Below, piece by piece: positions 1 to 12,956 of a DNA stretch of 64,000 bases; position 1 is the stretch's first letter, and each line of letters begins with the position of its first letter. A model generated the notes under the pieces. It searched no databases and was not told where the DNA came from. It saw only the letters and a list, made by a program, of their open reading frames with translations. The stretch comes from Podarcis gaigeae (taxonomy: Eukaryota): assembly GCA_964106915.2 (NCBI GenBank), contig OZ066919.1; one strand, 5' to 3'. The position numbers and the translations under genes are program-made.

Positions 1-1141
1 ATAAACCTCGTTGGGAAAATAAAATCCCACAAGGCTAGGCATGTAGTAGAAACTTCTTCTGAAGGCATTCAGCACTCCCTCTTTTTTCAGATCCAAATAA
101 CTTTCTCCTTTTGTCCCTCATTCTGCAAGTTAGGGTATAGGATAAGAGATAAATGCATATAGGAGAGAGAGAACTTGGAAGAAAATGGCAGAGCTGCCAC
201 TTGAGCATCAGTACACAAGCTTCCTAAGCATTATAAGATGAAACTCTGAATCTCAGCATATGCTTCCTGGGGGTAGACAACATGCCTTCGTTCTGTAGCA
301 TGCAGCTGATTCTGTGGAGCCCACCCAAGGGAATAGTACTACTTTCCCGCTTGCATTCCAGCAGTTGAGACTGACCTCAAGATGTGGGGGAAGCATTTTC
401 TTTCAAATAAAACAAAACACCATTCCCTCTATTTCTGAAGTTGACAAGCATATATGAATGGCACCATTTATGTACAAGGAGGGGATATTTGCAGGCTTGA
501 GGGAACACCAAGATTTACAGAAGTACAAAAAAATTAACAAACAAAATACCCAAAGGGGAGACACCCCCCCAGTCAAAAAAGAACTGAGCATGCTTAGTTG
601 CTGCATAATGCTTATTCGTTGTTAGAGCTTGGAAGTGCAAATCAGGGAAATGGGAAGTATATCCTATAGAAGGGCAGGGCTGGCTGACTGGAACTCTGAA
701 TAGGAAAACTCCATGCTACAACATTTTGTTGCAAGTTCCACTTGTAAATTTCTGGTTTTCTGTGTGTCCAGAGAAGAGTCTGTACACCTGATATATTATT
801 TTGGCCCGGGCTACATGTGTAGGTCATGTAGATGGGGTGTGTCTTCTTGTATGCATCTGCAGCCCTTTTGTTCATTATATGTATTTTTAAATTTCAATGT
901 TGAATCAATGTTGAAAACTTATAGGGGCTGAGGGAATTCTGTTTTTCTAGTTCTATTCTGGGAAACCAGAGAGCACCCCTCTCTATGCTAGAGTAAGATG
1001 CCGACCCTGTCCTTCTAAGCAAGAGTTGCTATCCCAATAGTGAGACTGCTTCCTCAACCCATCAAATGGTCCCTTACCCATTTACGGTAAGAAAATTTTC
1101 CTTTCCCTCACAACTTCACCTGGGGCTTTACACATAAATAC

Positions 1142-1145
<4 letters not shown>

Positions 1146-1192
<47 letters not shown>
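1146..1192. repeat. (TC)n microsatellite
   Basis: Pure TC dinucleotide run of about 23 units. Confidence 0.97.
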
Positions 1193-1195
<3 letters not shown>

Positions 1196-2061
1196 TGTCT
1201 CATATCTCCACTCCTGCCCATAAACGCCACAGTGAGGCCACAGCCTGATTGAATTTGGAAGCCTTTGTTTACAGACGTCTGGCTGGACAAGAGGCTATTT
1301 ATTGAATTTTCCATGAAATGTTGCTCCCTTAATGCTGTAAAGAGCAGGCTGCCCACATCAAGAGGGAGGTTGTGTTAACAGATCAGGTTACTCTAAGATG
1401 CATTGTATGCCTGTCCCACACTCTCTCTGCATGCTCAGGCAAGCTTAAGTGTGTGCCTGTGTGTATACATACACATATCATTGGGGACTGATGTTGGGAT
1501 TGCACTATAGTGGGAACTGTCTTTTGCCCATGGAGTTGTATCTTCCTCACACCAGAAAGGACTGGTAGTTCCTTTCAAAGAGACTCTGTCATTACAAGGC
1601 TAGTTGTGCTGGTACATAACCTTCAGCATCAGGGTAGAATGTGCAGTTGAGAAAATTAATTACATAAGATTGTATCCCAGATTCTAGCCCCCACAAGCAG
1701 AAATTCATGATGAAGTATTTTGCTTTCTGCTTTTTGGAAATTTTGGCAGCCTAAGTATAAGACTGGCCAATACTCCAATATTTGGAAGGCTTGGACTGTT
1801 CCTCAAGAGCAGGTGGGGCTTGTGCCTGAGCAGTGTCTGGGCAATGGTGGCTATTTATGGGAGTTAACCAATAAGTGTGATCTATGTATTCATAGATGCT
1901 GTTATGCAAAAAGGAACATCATAGAATGCATTACAGCAGAGATGTATTTTGTGATGCAGGCAGTCTAATTTTTGTTCTATTTGTTTTTGTTAGATGTCTT
2001 AAGTTAAAAAGAAAAGAACAAATTAATGTGACCCAATATTTTGGTCGAAGGAAATAAATTA

Positions 2062-2230
2062 CCGTATTTTTTGCACCACAACACTCACTTTTTTCCTCCT
2101 AGAAAGTAAGGGGAAATGTCTGTGCGTGTTATGGAGGAAATGCCTACGGGTGGCATGCCTACGGATTTTCCTCCTCTTAAAACTATGTGTGTGTTATGGT
2201 CAGGTGCGTGTTATAGAGCGAAAAATACGG
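2062..2230. mobile_element. Tc1/mariner-superfamily (Tc2/pogo-like) MITE
   Basis: 23-bp TIRs: CCGTATTTTTTGCACCACAACAC versus the right end read in reverse complement, CCGTATTTTTCGCTCTATAACAC (4 mismatches). Flanked by TA at 2060-2061 and 2231-2232. Confidence 0.88.
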
Positions 2231-2914
2231 TATGTTGTGTGGGCTGCTTATAGATTAGTCCCTAGTAAATTGACCAAGAAAAATAAAAGCTTTTTTGCAA
2301 AGCATGTAAAAGATCCACACCACATCCTTTGACCTCTAATCCTGTTTCGCAATGGGATGGGTGAGAGTTATATTCTGCCTAAAATAAGCTATGTCTACAA
2401 TTTTCTCCTGTAGCAGTTATCAGTACATGGGTTTCCTCTCCTCCTTGGAAAGAGAAAGTGTGCAAATGTATATTGAAAGGCTCTGAACTGAAAGCCCCAG
2501 GATTCCCAAGGAAAAACAAAAGGGCTTCGGAGAGTCCATGTGTTCACCATGTTAGAAAAACAAACCCCCACAAATAGAGCATACGAAAAACTGTGAAGAG
2601 GAGGTGATTTCAAGGAGAACTGGAGGGGTGTGTCCCCAGTATCACAGCATTTATTTGGGTCTTCCTTCATTGGTGCAGGCAGGAGGGCAGGATGGTTGTG
2701 GGATTGTTTTCTCAGACTTGATTGGTTTATTTATCCTTGGACCAGACTCCCATCTGGTTGAACTTCAAACGGGAGCTGTGGCAAAGCTACTGGGAGAGAG
2801 CAGCTGAGGAAAGCATAGAAGTATTCCTGGAAATAGAAGTGGCTGTGTGTGAAGGGGAATGGTCAGGATCGGCTCCCAGAGCCAAGCTGTATGACTCACT
2901 GTATTTTGCTTGCC

Positions 2915-4730
2915 TTTATTTATTTAATGAAAATGTTTATATACCATTTCTCTTTAATATGAAGATGGTATATAAGAAAACAATTCAATACAAAATAACA
3001 ATTCAAAATACAATAAAAGTAATCCAATTACAACAGCATACTACAGTTTCAGTAACCAGGAATCATTCAGTTGATAGGTTCCAGCTGTATGTCAGGGGAG
3101 AGTTCACTCCACAAGCTGGGAGCCACCACTGAAAAGGCCTACCTCCAGGTTGCTGCAACTTAAACCTCTGCAAGCTAACATAACCTAATAGGGTTATCTC
3201 CCAAGAACTTAGTGAATGGACAGGTATATGTGGCAGAAGGTGTTACTTTAGATGGTAGTCAGTGTGAATCCTTTAACAGTTGTAATATGTGCACAGTAGT
3301 TTGCCTCACTTAGCATCTTAGTTGCTGCATCATGAGTTGCACCTTCTGAACCAGTCTTAAGGACAATCCCACATAGAGGGCATTCCAGTTGTCCAGTCTT
3401 GAGGTTACCGATGCTAGGCTATCTAAGTCCAGGAATGGTCGTAACTGATGCAGTTACAAATGGCACTCTTAGCCACTGAGACATCCAGTGAAAAAGATGA
3501 ATCAAGGAACACCTCCACCCCAGGCTACATATCTTCAGGGCTACATATCTTCAGGGGGAGTACAACCCTGTCTTGAACAGGTACACTCTTCCAGGGCTTC
3601 AGTCTTATCAGGATTCAGCTGCAGCATATTGGCTGTCTTTCTGCTCTCTACTGCTTCCAGACACCATCCCTGAATCATTCCTGATTCAGATGTAACAACA
3701 TGACAGAAAGAAAGCTGGTATCATCAACATACTGATAATATTTAGCTCCAAGTCCCCTCAAGACCACCCCCAATAGCTTCATATAGATTGTAGATTGAGA
3801 AGATGATTCCTTGCAGCACCCCACAGCATAACTGTCAGGGGTCCGAAAATTCAGTGTTACTGTCTCAGACCATCCCTACAGGCAGAGCAGAATGCAGGGA
3901 GGTGGTCCAGGAGGAGATAACGGTCAATGATATCAAAAGCCACTGAGAAACTGAGCAAGCATAACATGGTCACATTCCCTTATCTCTCCAAATCATCTAT
4001 AAAGGCAACCAATCTTTATTCCATCCCAAAATCACATCCAAACTTAGACTGAAATATTAGATGATCAGTATCTTCTAGTAGTTCAGCTGAACTGAAACCA
4101 CCCTTTTGAGCAGCTTACTCAAAAATAGGATATTACCAACTGAGTGTTAGTTGTTTAAAAAAAATGTACAGGGTGCTTTTTTTTCAGATGCAAGTGCACT
4201 ACTTCCTCCTTAAGAATGGTAGATGCCACTCCCTCGTTCTTCATAACCAGGACCCACTTGATCGGCCCACTTTGGATAGATTGAATCAGCCATCTTGGGC
4301 AGGAGTTGAGAGAGAAGACAATTAGCTGGACAGTGGCAAGCACACTTTCCACATTTTCAGACCACAAAATCTAAAACTGATCCCATAAAGCCTGATCAGA
4401 CAATACATTGAATGCCTCATTTGGACCTGCTACAACAGAGGTGGGAAACTGAATCTGGCTAGTAGAACATAGAGTGCTCTCTCCCACCTCCCGTGGGTCT
4501 CATAAATCTCCGGATGTCAGATTACCTTTTTTGCTCATATAGGAATGCAGAGCCATTTTTGTTTTGTTGCTACAGATTTTGCATACATGCACACATACAA
4601 GCCCCAGTTTGGACATGATGACTTCCTTGCCAGTCCTACTTTCTCCTCTAACCAGACACTGAATACCATTCTAAATGCCTGCCCACCCCTAGTCACTTAC
4701 GGATTGCCACAAGAATCAGGAACTTGATTC
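2915..4730 (-). mobile_element. Old degenerate L2 (CR1/L2 clade) LINE, 3' part with RT remnants
   Basis: Minus-strand remnants of RT motifs: QY(V)DD near 3721-3740, GV(L)QG near 3808-3821, an LDLSAAFDT-like motif near 3915-3965, NYRPVSNIPF-like near 4120-4155 and SLNSCP near 4297-4320. A TTTA tail at about 2915 and the L2 3' motif CACAAGCTGGGAGCCACCACTGAAAAGGCC are also present. Confidence 0.8.
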
Positions 4731-7031
4731 TGCTTGCCAGCCAATAAGTGGTCATTAGCTGCCATTCAAAAGACACAATGGAGTTCAGTGAAGCAGGGGC
4801 TGATCCTGTCTACACCAGGATGGAGGTGTTTTGCCTTCCTACCCAGCAGTCTGCCTGTGAATTTAAAAGTAGTGCAGTGTAAGCCACAGTTGCATGTACA
4901 TGGATCAAATTTGGTGGCAGGGCCTATGTGAAGAATGCAGGAGCTGCCTGAGACTCATTTTTCTATATTACTTGAGTGAACAAGCAGTTGGCCATGTGCC
5001 AAAGACAAGCAGCAGCTGGAGGTCACCCCTTCTTTCACTCTCTCAGTCTCACCCAAGCAAACCTTAGTCCTGTTAGGTTTCAGGCAGGGTGAAAGGGCAG
5101 GAGGTAAGCAGGAGACCGTGAGAGGGAAGAGCAAGAAGCAGCTGGAAGAAGGAAATGCTCAGTTCCTGTTCTTCGGGTCATTGCCTAGAGCAGCTGGGCG
5201 GGCCACTTATTTTCTTCTCATCAGCTCCCTAAATCAGAGAACCTATATGGACTGTTAAATAGATTTTTAAAGTGAGTACTATAGTGCTAACTATATCCTT
5301 GACATTAGCATAAATTTCAGGTAGGTTTCACAGGTGAACTGGGCAAGTGATCTGGGGCCAGGACTGGAGGGAAACAGAATATTTCTGCTGAAATAATCAT
5401 CACAGTATCTTTATAGCCTCAGTTCACATAACCTAGCATACAGAGTCCATGCACAGAGTTGCTTGTGAGGAGCTCCACACACTTGCCCATCAAACAGAAG
5501 ATTGGTGCTGGGTGAGAGGAGGCCTGGAATGACATCAAGCAAGATTAGAACTGCCTCAATGGCAAATCTATTCCTGAGAGCATCAGTCATCTTTTGTGTT
5601 GGCCATTTGAACTTGATAGACAATAAAATAAGAGTTCTGATCAGAAATCTGACTTGCTCTGGCAGGACTTGTCTACAGAAGGGGAAAGTACAAGGAGAAC
5701 CCTTCCTTGCCACTGACTTTTTGGCTTGCAAGACTTAGGGACACAGTTGTGATTTAGGGATTGTATCCATCTTGACTAATACTCATTGAGAAATTAATCA
5801 TTAATCAAACTGTCATTTTTTAAGTTTTAATAAACCTTGCTTCCCTCCTTTCCTTTGAAGTGAGCTGCACACATCTGATAGCTTCCATTAATTTGCTATG
5901 GGCCTGCTACACATTGATAACTTGAATATCTTAAAACCATGTAGGCCTCAGGGCTATATAACAATGCACTCTTTCCTTCAGCTGGAAAGTAGGTGGAAAA
6001 AGAGAGCTAGTATCATTCCTAGGAGTTAGACAAAGGTGTTTGGTTGCACTGTATGGGCACATTGGAAGGAAAACTTGCAAATAATGGGGTCAGCCTTTGC
6101 AGAGGCTGGGTTTCCCGTCCCTTTACTTCTTAGCAGTCCCTGTTAAATCTGATCCTTTGTTTTAAGGGTCTGCCTGGCCCTTATGGGCAGCTGCAAATGG
6201 CAGTTTCTAAACGATCTTCACGCCAACTCCGTTGGTGCAGCAAAAACATCAAAGCCTATAATTCACGCCCTCCTGCGTGCTGTGCCTCACAAATGTTGAA
6301 CCTTTGATGTGTACACCCCCTTTCTCCTTGTTACCTGCACATGGGGGCTAGTCTGTGTCGACTCTTTGCAACAAGATGCCAGACCTGCTCAGTAAGGCAG
6401 TTTTATAGGGCATCTGCTGTCATTCAGTGTTTTTGCCCATTTGACGGGACATCTGTGCAACAGTAAAGAGGGGGAGGGGAGGTGGGGACAGCTGCTAAAC
6501 AGCACCTAGACCCTTTCCCTCAGCATACACACCTGCAAAGAAGTGGATAGACTTTGTACCAGATGTACCATGTCCACTCTTTAACAATTCATGCTGTTGC
6601 AGAGAACCCTCTGCCTATTGCCTTGTGCCTATTAATGTTCCCCTCAGATAGCTCCGTGTCTTACTTCTTCTCTGCTTTGGAGTCTGAACTTGGTTGCATA
6701 TACTGGGAGGTCTCCTTTTGTGGGGGAATTGGGGATGTTAGCATTTGCTCCATGATTACTGCTTTCTAGAACAATGATTTTCAATTTTCTGAGAAAGACA
6801 GTGTTTGCTATGAGAAAAGCAGGAATGGCTCACAAGCTTCTCTGAATCACCACTTCTGCCATTTGCAGCTTTCTCTCTACTGTATAGCCTTTTGGGAGGA
6901 CTGGGAGGCATGTTCTGTTGCAGGAGTGGAGAAATGCAGGAGGCCAAATACACCTCTTCAGGCTTTCCTATCTAGCTCTTAAGACACTCCAGGCTACTTA
7001 CTGTTATCAGCCACACACCCTCTCCCAAGGG

Positions 7032-7171
7032 CATTGTTCCCCAAACTTGGTTCTCCGCTGTTGTTGGACTACAACTCCCATCATCCCTAGCTAGCAGGAC
7101 CAGTGGTCAGGGATGATGGGAGTTGAGTTGTAGTCCAACAACAGCTGGAGAACCAAGTTTGGGGAACAATG
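7032..7171. mobile_element. Palindromic hAT (Charlie/Buster-type) MITE
   Basis: Near-perfect fold-back CATTGTTCCCCAAAC...GTTTGGGGAACAATG with an 8-bp TSD, CCCAAGGG (7024-7031) and CCCTAGGG (7172-7179). Confidence 0.9.
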
Positions 7172-7293
7172 CCCTAGGGTCACACTCCTCACCAGCCTTA
7201 CTTCAAATCCCCCTTGGACATTGCATGTTGTTTTTCTTTTCTGGCAGGGGAGGGTTTGCTGAAATTCTGATGATGCCTCTTGATTGTCTAGAT

Positions 7294-7404
7294 CAGGCTT
7301 CCTCAAACTCGGGCCTCCAGATTTTTTTGGCCTACAACTCCCATGATCCCTAGCTAGCAGGACCAATAGTCAGGGATGATGGGAATTGTAGTTTGAGGAA
7401 GCCT
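7294..7404. mobile_element. Second hAT MITE of a related family, internally deleted
   Basis: TIR CAGGCTTCCTCAAAC / GTTTGAGGAAGCCT, with the same CTACAACTCCCAT..CCCTAGCTAGCAGGACC core as 7032-7171. The left flank GTCTAGAT partly recurs as CTAGAT on the right. Confidence 0.8.
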
Positions 7405-7627
7405 AGATGGAAGGAGCAGAGGAGTGTGTTTAAAATCTAGCCTGGTGTACAAAGTTAACATTTGCATTTGTTGCTTTTCCCACTTTTGACTCTGGCCTCA
7501 GCTACCACTGGTATTTGGCCCCTGAAAGGTTGTCTAGATGGAAATGCAACCCTTGGGGTGAAAATGGTTCCCTACCCCTGTTGTATGGCGTGCCCTAGTT
7601 TGTGTAGGATGTGTAGGATGTTTGTGT

Positions 7628-8154
7628 AGCAATGACAAACCTAGAAAAGCAATGACAAACCTAGACAGCATCTTAAAAAGCAGAGACATCACCTTGCCAA
7701 CAAAGGTCCGTATAGTAAAAGCTATGGTTTTCCCAGTAGTGATGTATGGAAGTGAGAGCTGGACCATAAAGAAGGCTGATCGCCGAAGAATTGATGCTTT
7801 TGAATTATCGTGCTGGAGGAGACTCTTGAGAGTCCCATGGGCTCCAAGAAGATCAAACCTCTCCATTCTTAACGAAATCAGCCCTGAGTGCTCACTGGAA
7901 GGACAGATTGTGAAGCTGAGGCTCCAATACTTTGGCCACCTCATGAGAAGAGAAGACTCCCTGGAAAAGACCTTGATGTTGGGAAAGATTGAGGGCACAA
8001 GGAGAAGGGGACGACAGAGGACGAGATGGTTGGACAGTGTTCTCGAAGCTACCAGCATGAGTTTGACCAAACTGCTGGAGGCAGTGGAAGACAGGAGTGC
8101 CTGGCGTGCTCTGGTCCATGGGGTCACGAAGAGTCAGACACGACTAAACAACAA
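7628..8154 (+). mobile_element. Bov-B (RTE clade) LINE, 5'-truncated 3' end
   Basis: ORF 7622-8212 gives the Bov-B C-terminus (RKAMTNLDSILKSRDITLPTKVRIVKAMVFPVVMYGSESWTIKKA...AWRALVHGVTKSQTRL). There is a CAA tail and a 12-bp TSD AGTTTGTGTAGG at 7597-7608 and 8155-8166. Confidence 0.97.
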
Positions 8155-8850
8155 AGTTTGTGTAGGTAACAGTGAGGTCCAACTTTCTTGGCTTGGTCCC
8201 TATATAAATTGAGGGTTCAACATCAAAGGTGTCCAAAAATCTCTCAGTTGTAGGGATTTAGAGGCAGGTGTCTGAAGGGTTTCTATTTATCATCAAGGGT
8301 AAGAAGTCTGAAAAACAATACTGTAGAAGAATAGATTGTTTTAATAGTTCCTGTATACTACTTAGATGTTTTACTACAATCAAGTAGTATATAATTTTAT
8401 TTAAATAAAATAAATAGAGCAATGCAGAACTGTAACAGCTCAGTTTACCTTTCTTCTTGCTCCCAGTCCACCCCCATGAGTTTGCCTCAGTATGAAAATT
8501 CCTGAGTGGAGGAGATGCAGGCTTTATTTTGTTTTCCTGATGTTCCCTTACCTGCTCATTTCCACATTTTATGTGCTCTTTCACATGACGTAAAAGCCAC
8601 ATCTGGAAGTCTAGTGGAATCTAACAGAAGTTGAGCTCTGATTTCCATGTTAATGGTTTCCAGAAAAAAAAATCCATTTTCAACCATGTAACCGGGCTGG
8701 GGTAGGGTGGGACTGCAGGAGTTTTCTGTTGCAATTTCACATATCAAAATTTGGGTCAGTACCCTGGCATAAAGTTCTTTCCTGCTGTTTAAAAATTAGT
8801 GTGACATGGCAATGTACCAATAAAAAAGCCACAGTTCCATAATGCAACAG

Positions 8851-9133
8851 GAAGGGAAAGGGAAGGACCCCCTAATGGTTAAGTCCAGTCAAAGGTGACT
8901 TTGGGGTGTGGTGCTCATCTCGCTTCAGGCCAAGGGAGCCAGCATTTGTCCACAGACAGCTTTCTGGGTCATGTCAGCATGACTAAACTGCTTTTGACGC
9001 AATGAAACACTGTGACAGAAGCCAGGGCACATGGAAACTCCTTTTACCTTCCCGCTGCAGCAGTACCTGTTTATCTGCTTGCACTGGTGTGCTTTCAAAC
9101 TGCTAGGTTGGCAGAAGCTGGGACAGAGCAAAC
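8851..9133 (-). mobile_element. Sauria SINE (Squam1), 5'-truncated
   Basis: AAAGG-type tail, then GGACCCC...GTCCAGTC...GCTCATCTCGCTT...CAGACAGC...GGGTCATGT...TTTACCTTCCCGC...CAAACTGCTAGGTTGGCAG. Same family as 62500-62872. Confidence 0.88.
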
Positions 9134-10200
9134 GCAACAAGTACTGCAGTGCAAAAAGTATATTAGGAATTGGGACAGAAGGTCTAGCACTATAACTAAA
9201 ACAAGCTAATGAAATAAACCTCTTGTCTGAATGTAGTCACAGCTTCACACTAAGCTGGACACTGGGTGTATGCACCTGTTTATAGGGTCTGTAAGCCACC
9301 TACAGTAGCCGGGCACTTGCGTTTGTCAAGAGAAATGTGCTGAAAGCCCTGCAAGTTCTGTGGGACACTAGGCTGTGAATCATGCAATTTGCCTCTTTAT
9401 TTAATCACATTGAACTGGTTTAGTTCTCCAGTGTCAACATATATTATCTACTTTAAAAAGGTGTTTTACAGGCTTAGGAGTTCTAAATATCATTTATAAA
9501 TAATTAATTCCACAATTGAGCTTCATGGAAGAAGGATAGCTCTTCATTATAATACCTGTGCCTTTTGAAATATCACTGTTATTTATTGTGGCACCTCTGT
9601 ATCAGAAGGAATTAGTGTACTCTGGAGGCTACAGTGTGTAATCTTGCATCGTTTCCAACAGGAGCTGATGGAGAGACTAGCTTAAAATGGTGGGTTCTTG
9701 CCACTTAGATTTTTTTAGGAGCAGGCTAACTGCACTTGGGATGTTATGTAACCCATGTGGATCAGATTTGGCACAATAAATGCATGTCTGAATCCATTCT
9801 AAGCCACCGGGGCTTGTAGAGAAGTTGTAGGAGGTCGCACTTACTGGCTCAAGAATCCAGTGTGTCGCTTTGTATTCATCTTTAGAGTATCCCATTGGCC
9901 TATTTGGGGATAAGAATTGGGCCATTTTACAGCAGATTGCTATTGTAGTGGGTGGAACAAGGTGCAAACCTGATCCTCCATTTGAGGATTGAGGTGGTGG
10001 TGGAAGGGCTGGAATTCTCCACCCCTCCCATATTATTTGACAAATTATGACAAGTTAGCTGATGATATAAGATGACATAATAAAAAGCATTGCTTAATAG
10101 ATGGGTGTTGCCCCATTTCCTTTTCTACCTCCTTTAACTTCAAGGGCCAATTTTATTATTTTTAATGCTTTTTTTTGCAAGAGCAGTTCTGTGCAAAACA

Positions 10201-10232
10201 ACATACATACATACATGTATATGTATGTATGC
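10201..10232. repeat. (CATA)n/(TATG)n quasi-palindromic microsatellite
   Basis: ACATACATACATACATGTATATGTATGTATGC. Confidence 0.8.
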
Positions 10233-12077
10233 ATTTACTGTGTAAGTGCTTTCAGCAGCAACCAGTAGAAAGAGGTGCACTTCATCCACTTCTTTGAGCT
10301 GATGGAAAGAACATGACTAGATGATGAGCACCCAGCAAAATGTAATCACATTGATTTTACAAAAACAACAACAGCACTGCAGTGCACCCACACTTGAGAA
10401 ACATGGGGTTTTATTTTGGATTTCCTCCTCTTATTGGATTATCGACCCATTGGGAAAATACACATTAATTGAGGGGAAGTGCAGGCTGCCACTTGGATAA
10501 GGACAGTGTCATGTGGATGATATGAAAAAACATGCACACGTGGATCGCGTCCACTTCAAACTGCTGTGGTACATACACTGTGATTTCAAATAATGGAAGA
10601 TTATTCAGTGTATATCATTTTTGATTAATGCTAGAAATGTTATACTGTACATGCAAGGTGCCAATGGAAGGAAAGGGGAAGACATGTGACCACCCCTCTT
10701 CATAAACAACCTTCTCTTCTCTGCATCTGGTTGTAACCTTTCTGACATTCAGCACATCCCTGCCCTGCTTTGTTTTGACTCCTGACAAGCCTTTCAATTT
10801 GCTCTTTTCTTTGAAGAGCTGAGAAGTCATCAGTAGCCCCTCTCCTGCTCTCTCCTCTCAAATTATTGAGCGCTGGTGTTGAGTTTCAGCCCTGGCGGAC
10901 ATGAATGGGGCAGCACCATTGATCCACAGGGCTCAAGTTCAGCTGGCTGCCAGTGTGACCCTATTCCTGAGTGGGTTGTGGCTGCCTCAGCTTACAGTGG
11001 CTCTTGCTTCTTTATGCAAAGGGACAAGAAGGATCCTGGGGTTCTTTGTGTGTACATGTATGTATCTATGTGTGTGAACTGTTATTGTATCATGAGATGG
11101 AAAGGCAGGTGCCACAGCATGCTTGGAGCTGGGAGTCAGGCAGAATGAACAATACTTGGAACAAGGCTATGCTGTGAACACTTCAAGGAAGTGTGCCTGT
11201 TTCAGTGTGCATGTGCAGCATGGGATCAGCAGCTTAATTTTAATTCCAAATATTTGCAATAAAACAAATACTGGCATTTTGTCCCTTATCCTATATTTAT
11301 GTTACTTCTGTGTCTCTGCCCCCAGTTCCCTATTGCATCAGAGAATCACAAAATACTCCTCACAAAAGAAAGTTACACCAGTCATCGAGGAAGGCTTTTG
11401 TATTTCTTTATTTGTAGGGATGGAAAGACTTCGAGAATGTGGGTGCTGAGAAGGAAATCGGCTCAATACTTTGTAACAACTTAGACATCTAATTGTTTGT
11501 CAGGCATCTTCGTGAGGGCAAATCCATTGGTCTAGATAAAAAGTTAGGACTTTGCAGTGCCAGGTGAGAAATGTGAAAAAGAAAGATATATCTGTACCGT
11601 ATTGCTCAGTGGGACAATTACTGTGTGTAATTTTAGCCTGAAAATAACTTCTAGATGAAGGGTGTGTTTAACTCTTTTTCTACGCAACCACTTTCTCTCT
11701 AAAACTCACCCCAACACCTGTTTCCCCTCTACCCCCACAGAGTTCCTGATCCATATTTGAGAGGTTTACATGGTTTTACAACCCTATGAAGAAGAGGAAG
11801 CAAGTGGGAGTGGTGGTGGATTTCCTCTCCTGTAGCTTTGTCTATATGAATCACCATTTTCTCAGGGTCTATTACAATATAGTTGCAGTATAATGCATAA
11901 TTTGGCCCTTTGTAGATCTCTGGGTTCCATTCTTACTTGTTGTTAAATCTGTCTCCAAAATCTTTGACCTTGCTGCATATCTTTATACCACCACATCTAA
12001 TCTGGTCCAAGATCAAAGGTTGGCTTTTTAGAGAAGTTCAAATGCAAGCTTATGAAAGATAGAGTGGTTTGTTTCCT

Positions 12078-12444
12078 TAATAATAATAATAATAATGAAT
12101 AATAAATTTATACCCCACCCATCTGGCTGGGCTTCCCCAGCCACTCTGGGCGGCTTCCAACAAAATATTAAAATGCAGTAATGCATCAAACATTAAAAGC
12201 TTCCCTAAACAGGGCTGCCTTCAGATGTCTTCTAAAAGTCTGGTAGTTGTTGTTCTCTTTGACATCTGGTGGGAGGGCGTTCTACAGGGCGGGTGCCACT
12301 ACTGAGAAGGCCCTCTGCCTGGTTCCTGGAACCACCAGAAGGCCCTCAGTGCTGGACCTCAGTGTCCAGGTAGAACAATGGGGGTGGAGACGCTCCTTCA
12401 GGTATACTGGACCAAGGCCATTTAGGGCTTTAAAGGTCAGCACC
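12078..12444 (-). mobile_element. L2 LINE 3' fragment (younger family)
   Basis: (TAA)n tail, then TATACCCCACCCATCTGGCTGGG...GGTGCCACTACTGAGAAGGCCCTCTG...TTTAGGGCTTTAAAGGTCAGCACC. Paralogous to 49258-51122. Confidence 0.85.
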
Positions 12445-12956
12445 TTTAAAGTTGTAATGTATTTTGCAATTCTTGATTCTCTTAATAGAAGTCAATGTTG
12501 AATCCCTTCCATCTTCTTTATAGTCCAGTCCAAGGAATTCCCTTTATATTTTCCTCAGTACATTTCTGTTTTTGTACATTAACCATAGTCTAAGCAAAGT
12601 AATAAATCTAAGCACGCACATATTCCTTGCTGTACAGCCTCTGAAAAATAGAGAAAAGTGTTCTTTTTCTTTTTTGCTATAGGTCCTGCTGCCAGAAATA
12701 GTTGACTGACCAGTCAATGAGAGCTGTTTTTTACAGCTTCCCCCCTGTTGTTTGGGACAGCAAGACTTTAGTCTAGAATCACAGGGAAGTATTTCACATT
12801 GATTAGCTAGTCAGTGATGAAAGATGCCTAAAGCAAGATAAAATAAGGTAAATAACTAGTTTTGAGAAAGTCAGTAGAGAACAGCTGTAGACACTTCCAT
12901 GTGTTGCTTGGAAATGATATTTTCTACCTCACTCTGCCAATGGAGCTAGCAAACAA

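Noticed and set aside
7534-8127. 197-aa minus-strand ORF
   Set aside because: Antisense shadow of the Bov-B ORF.
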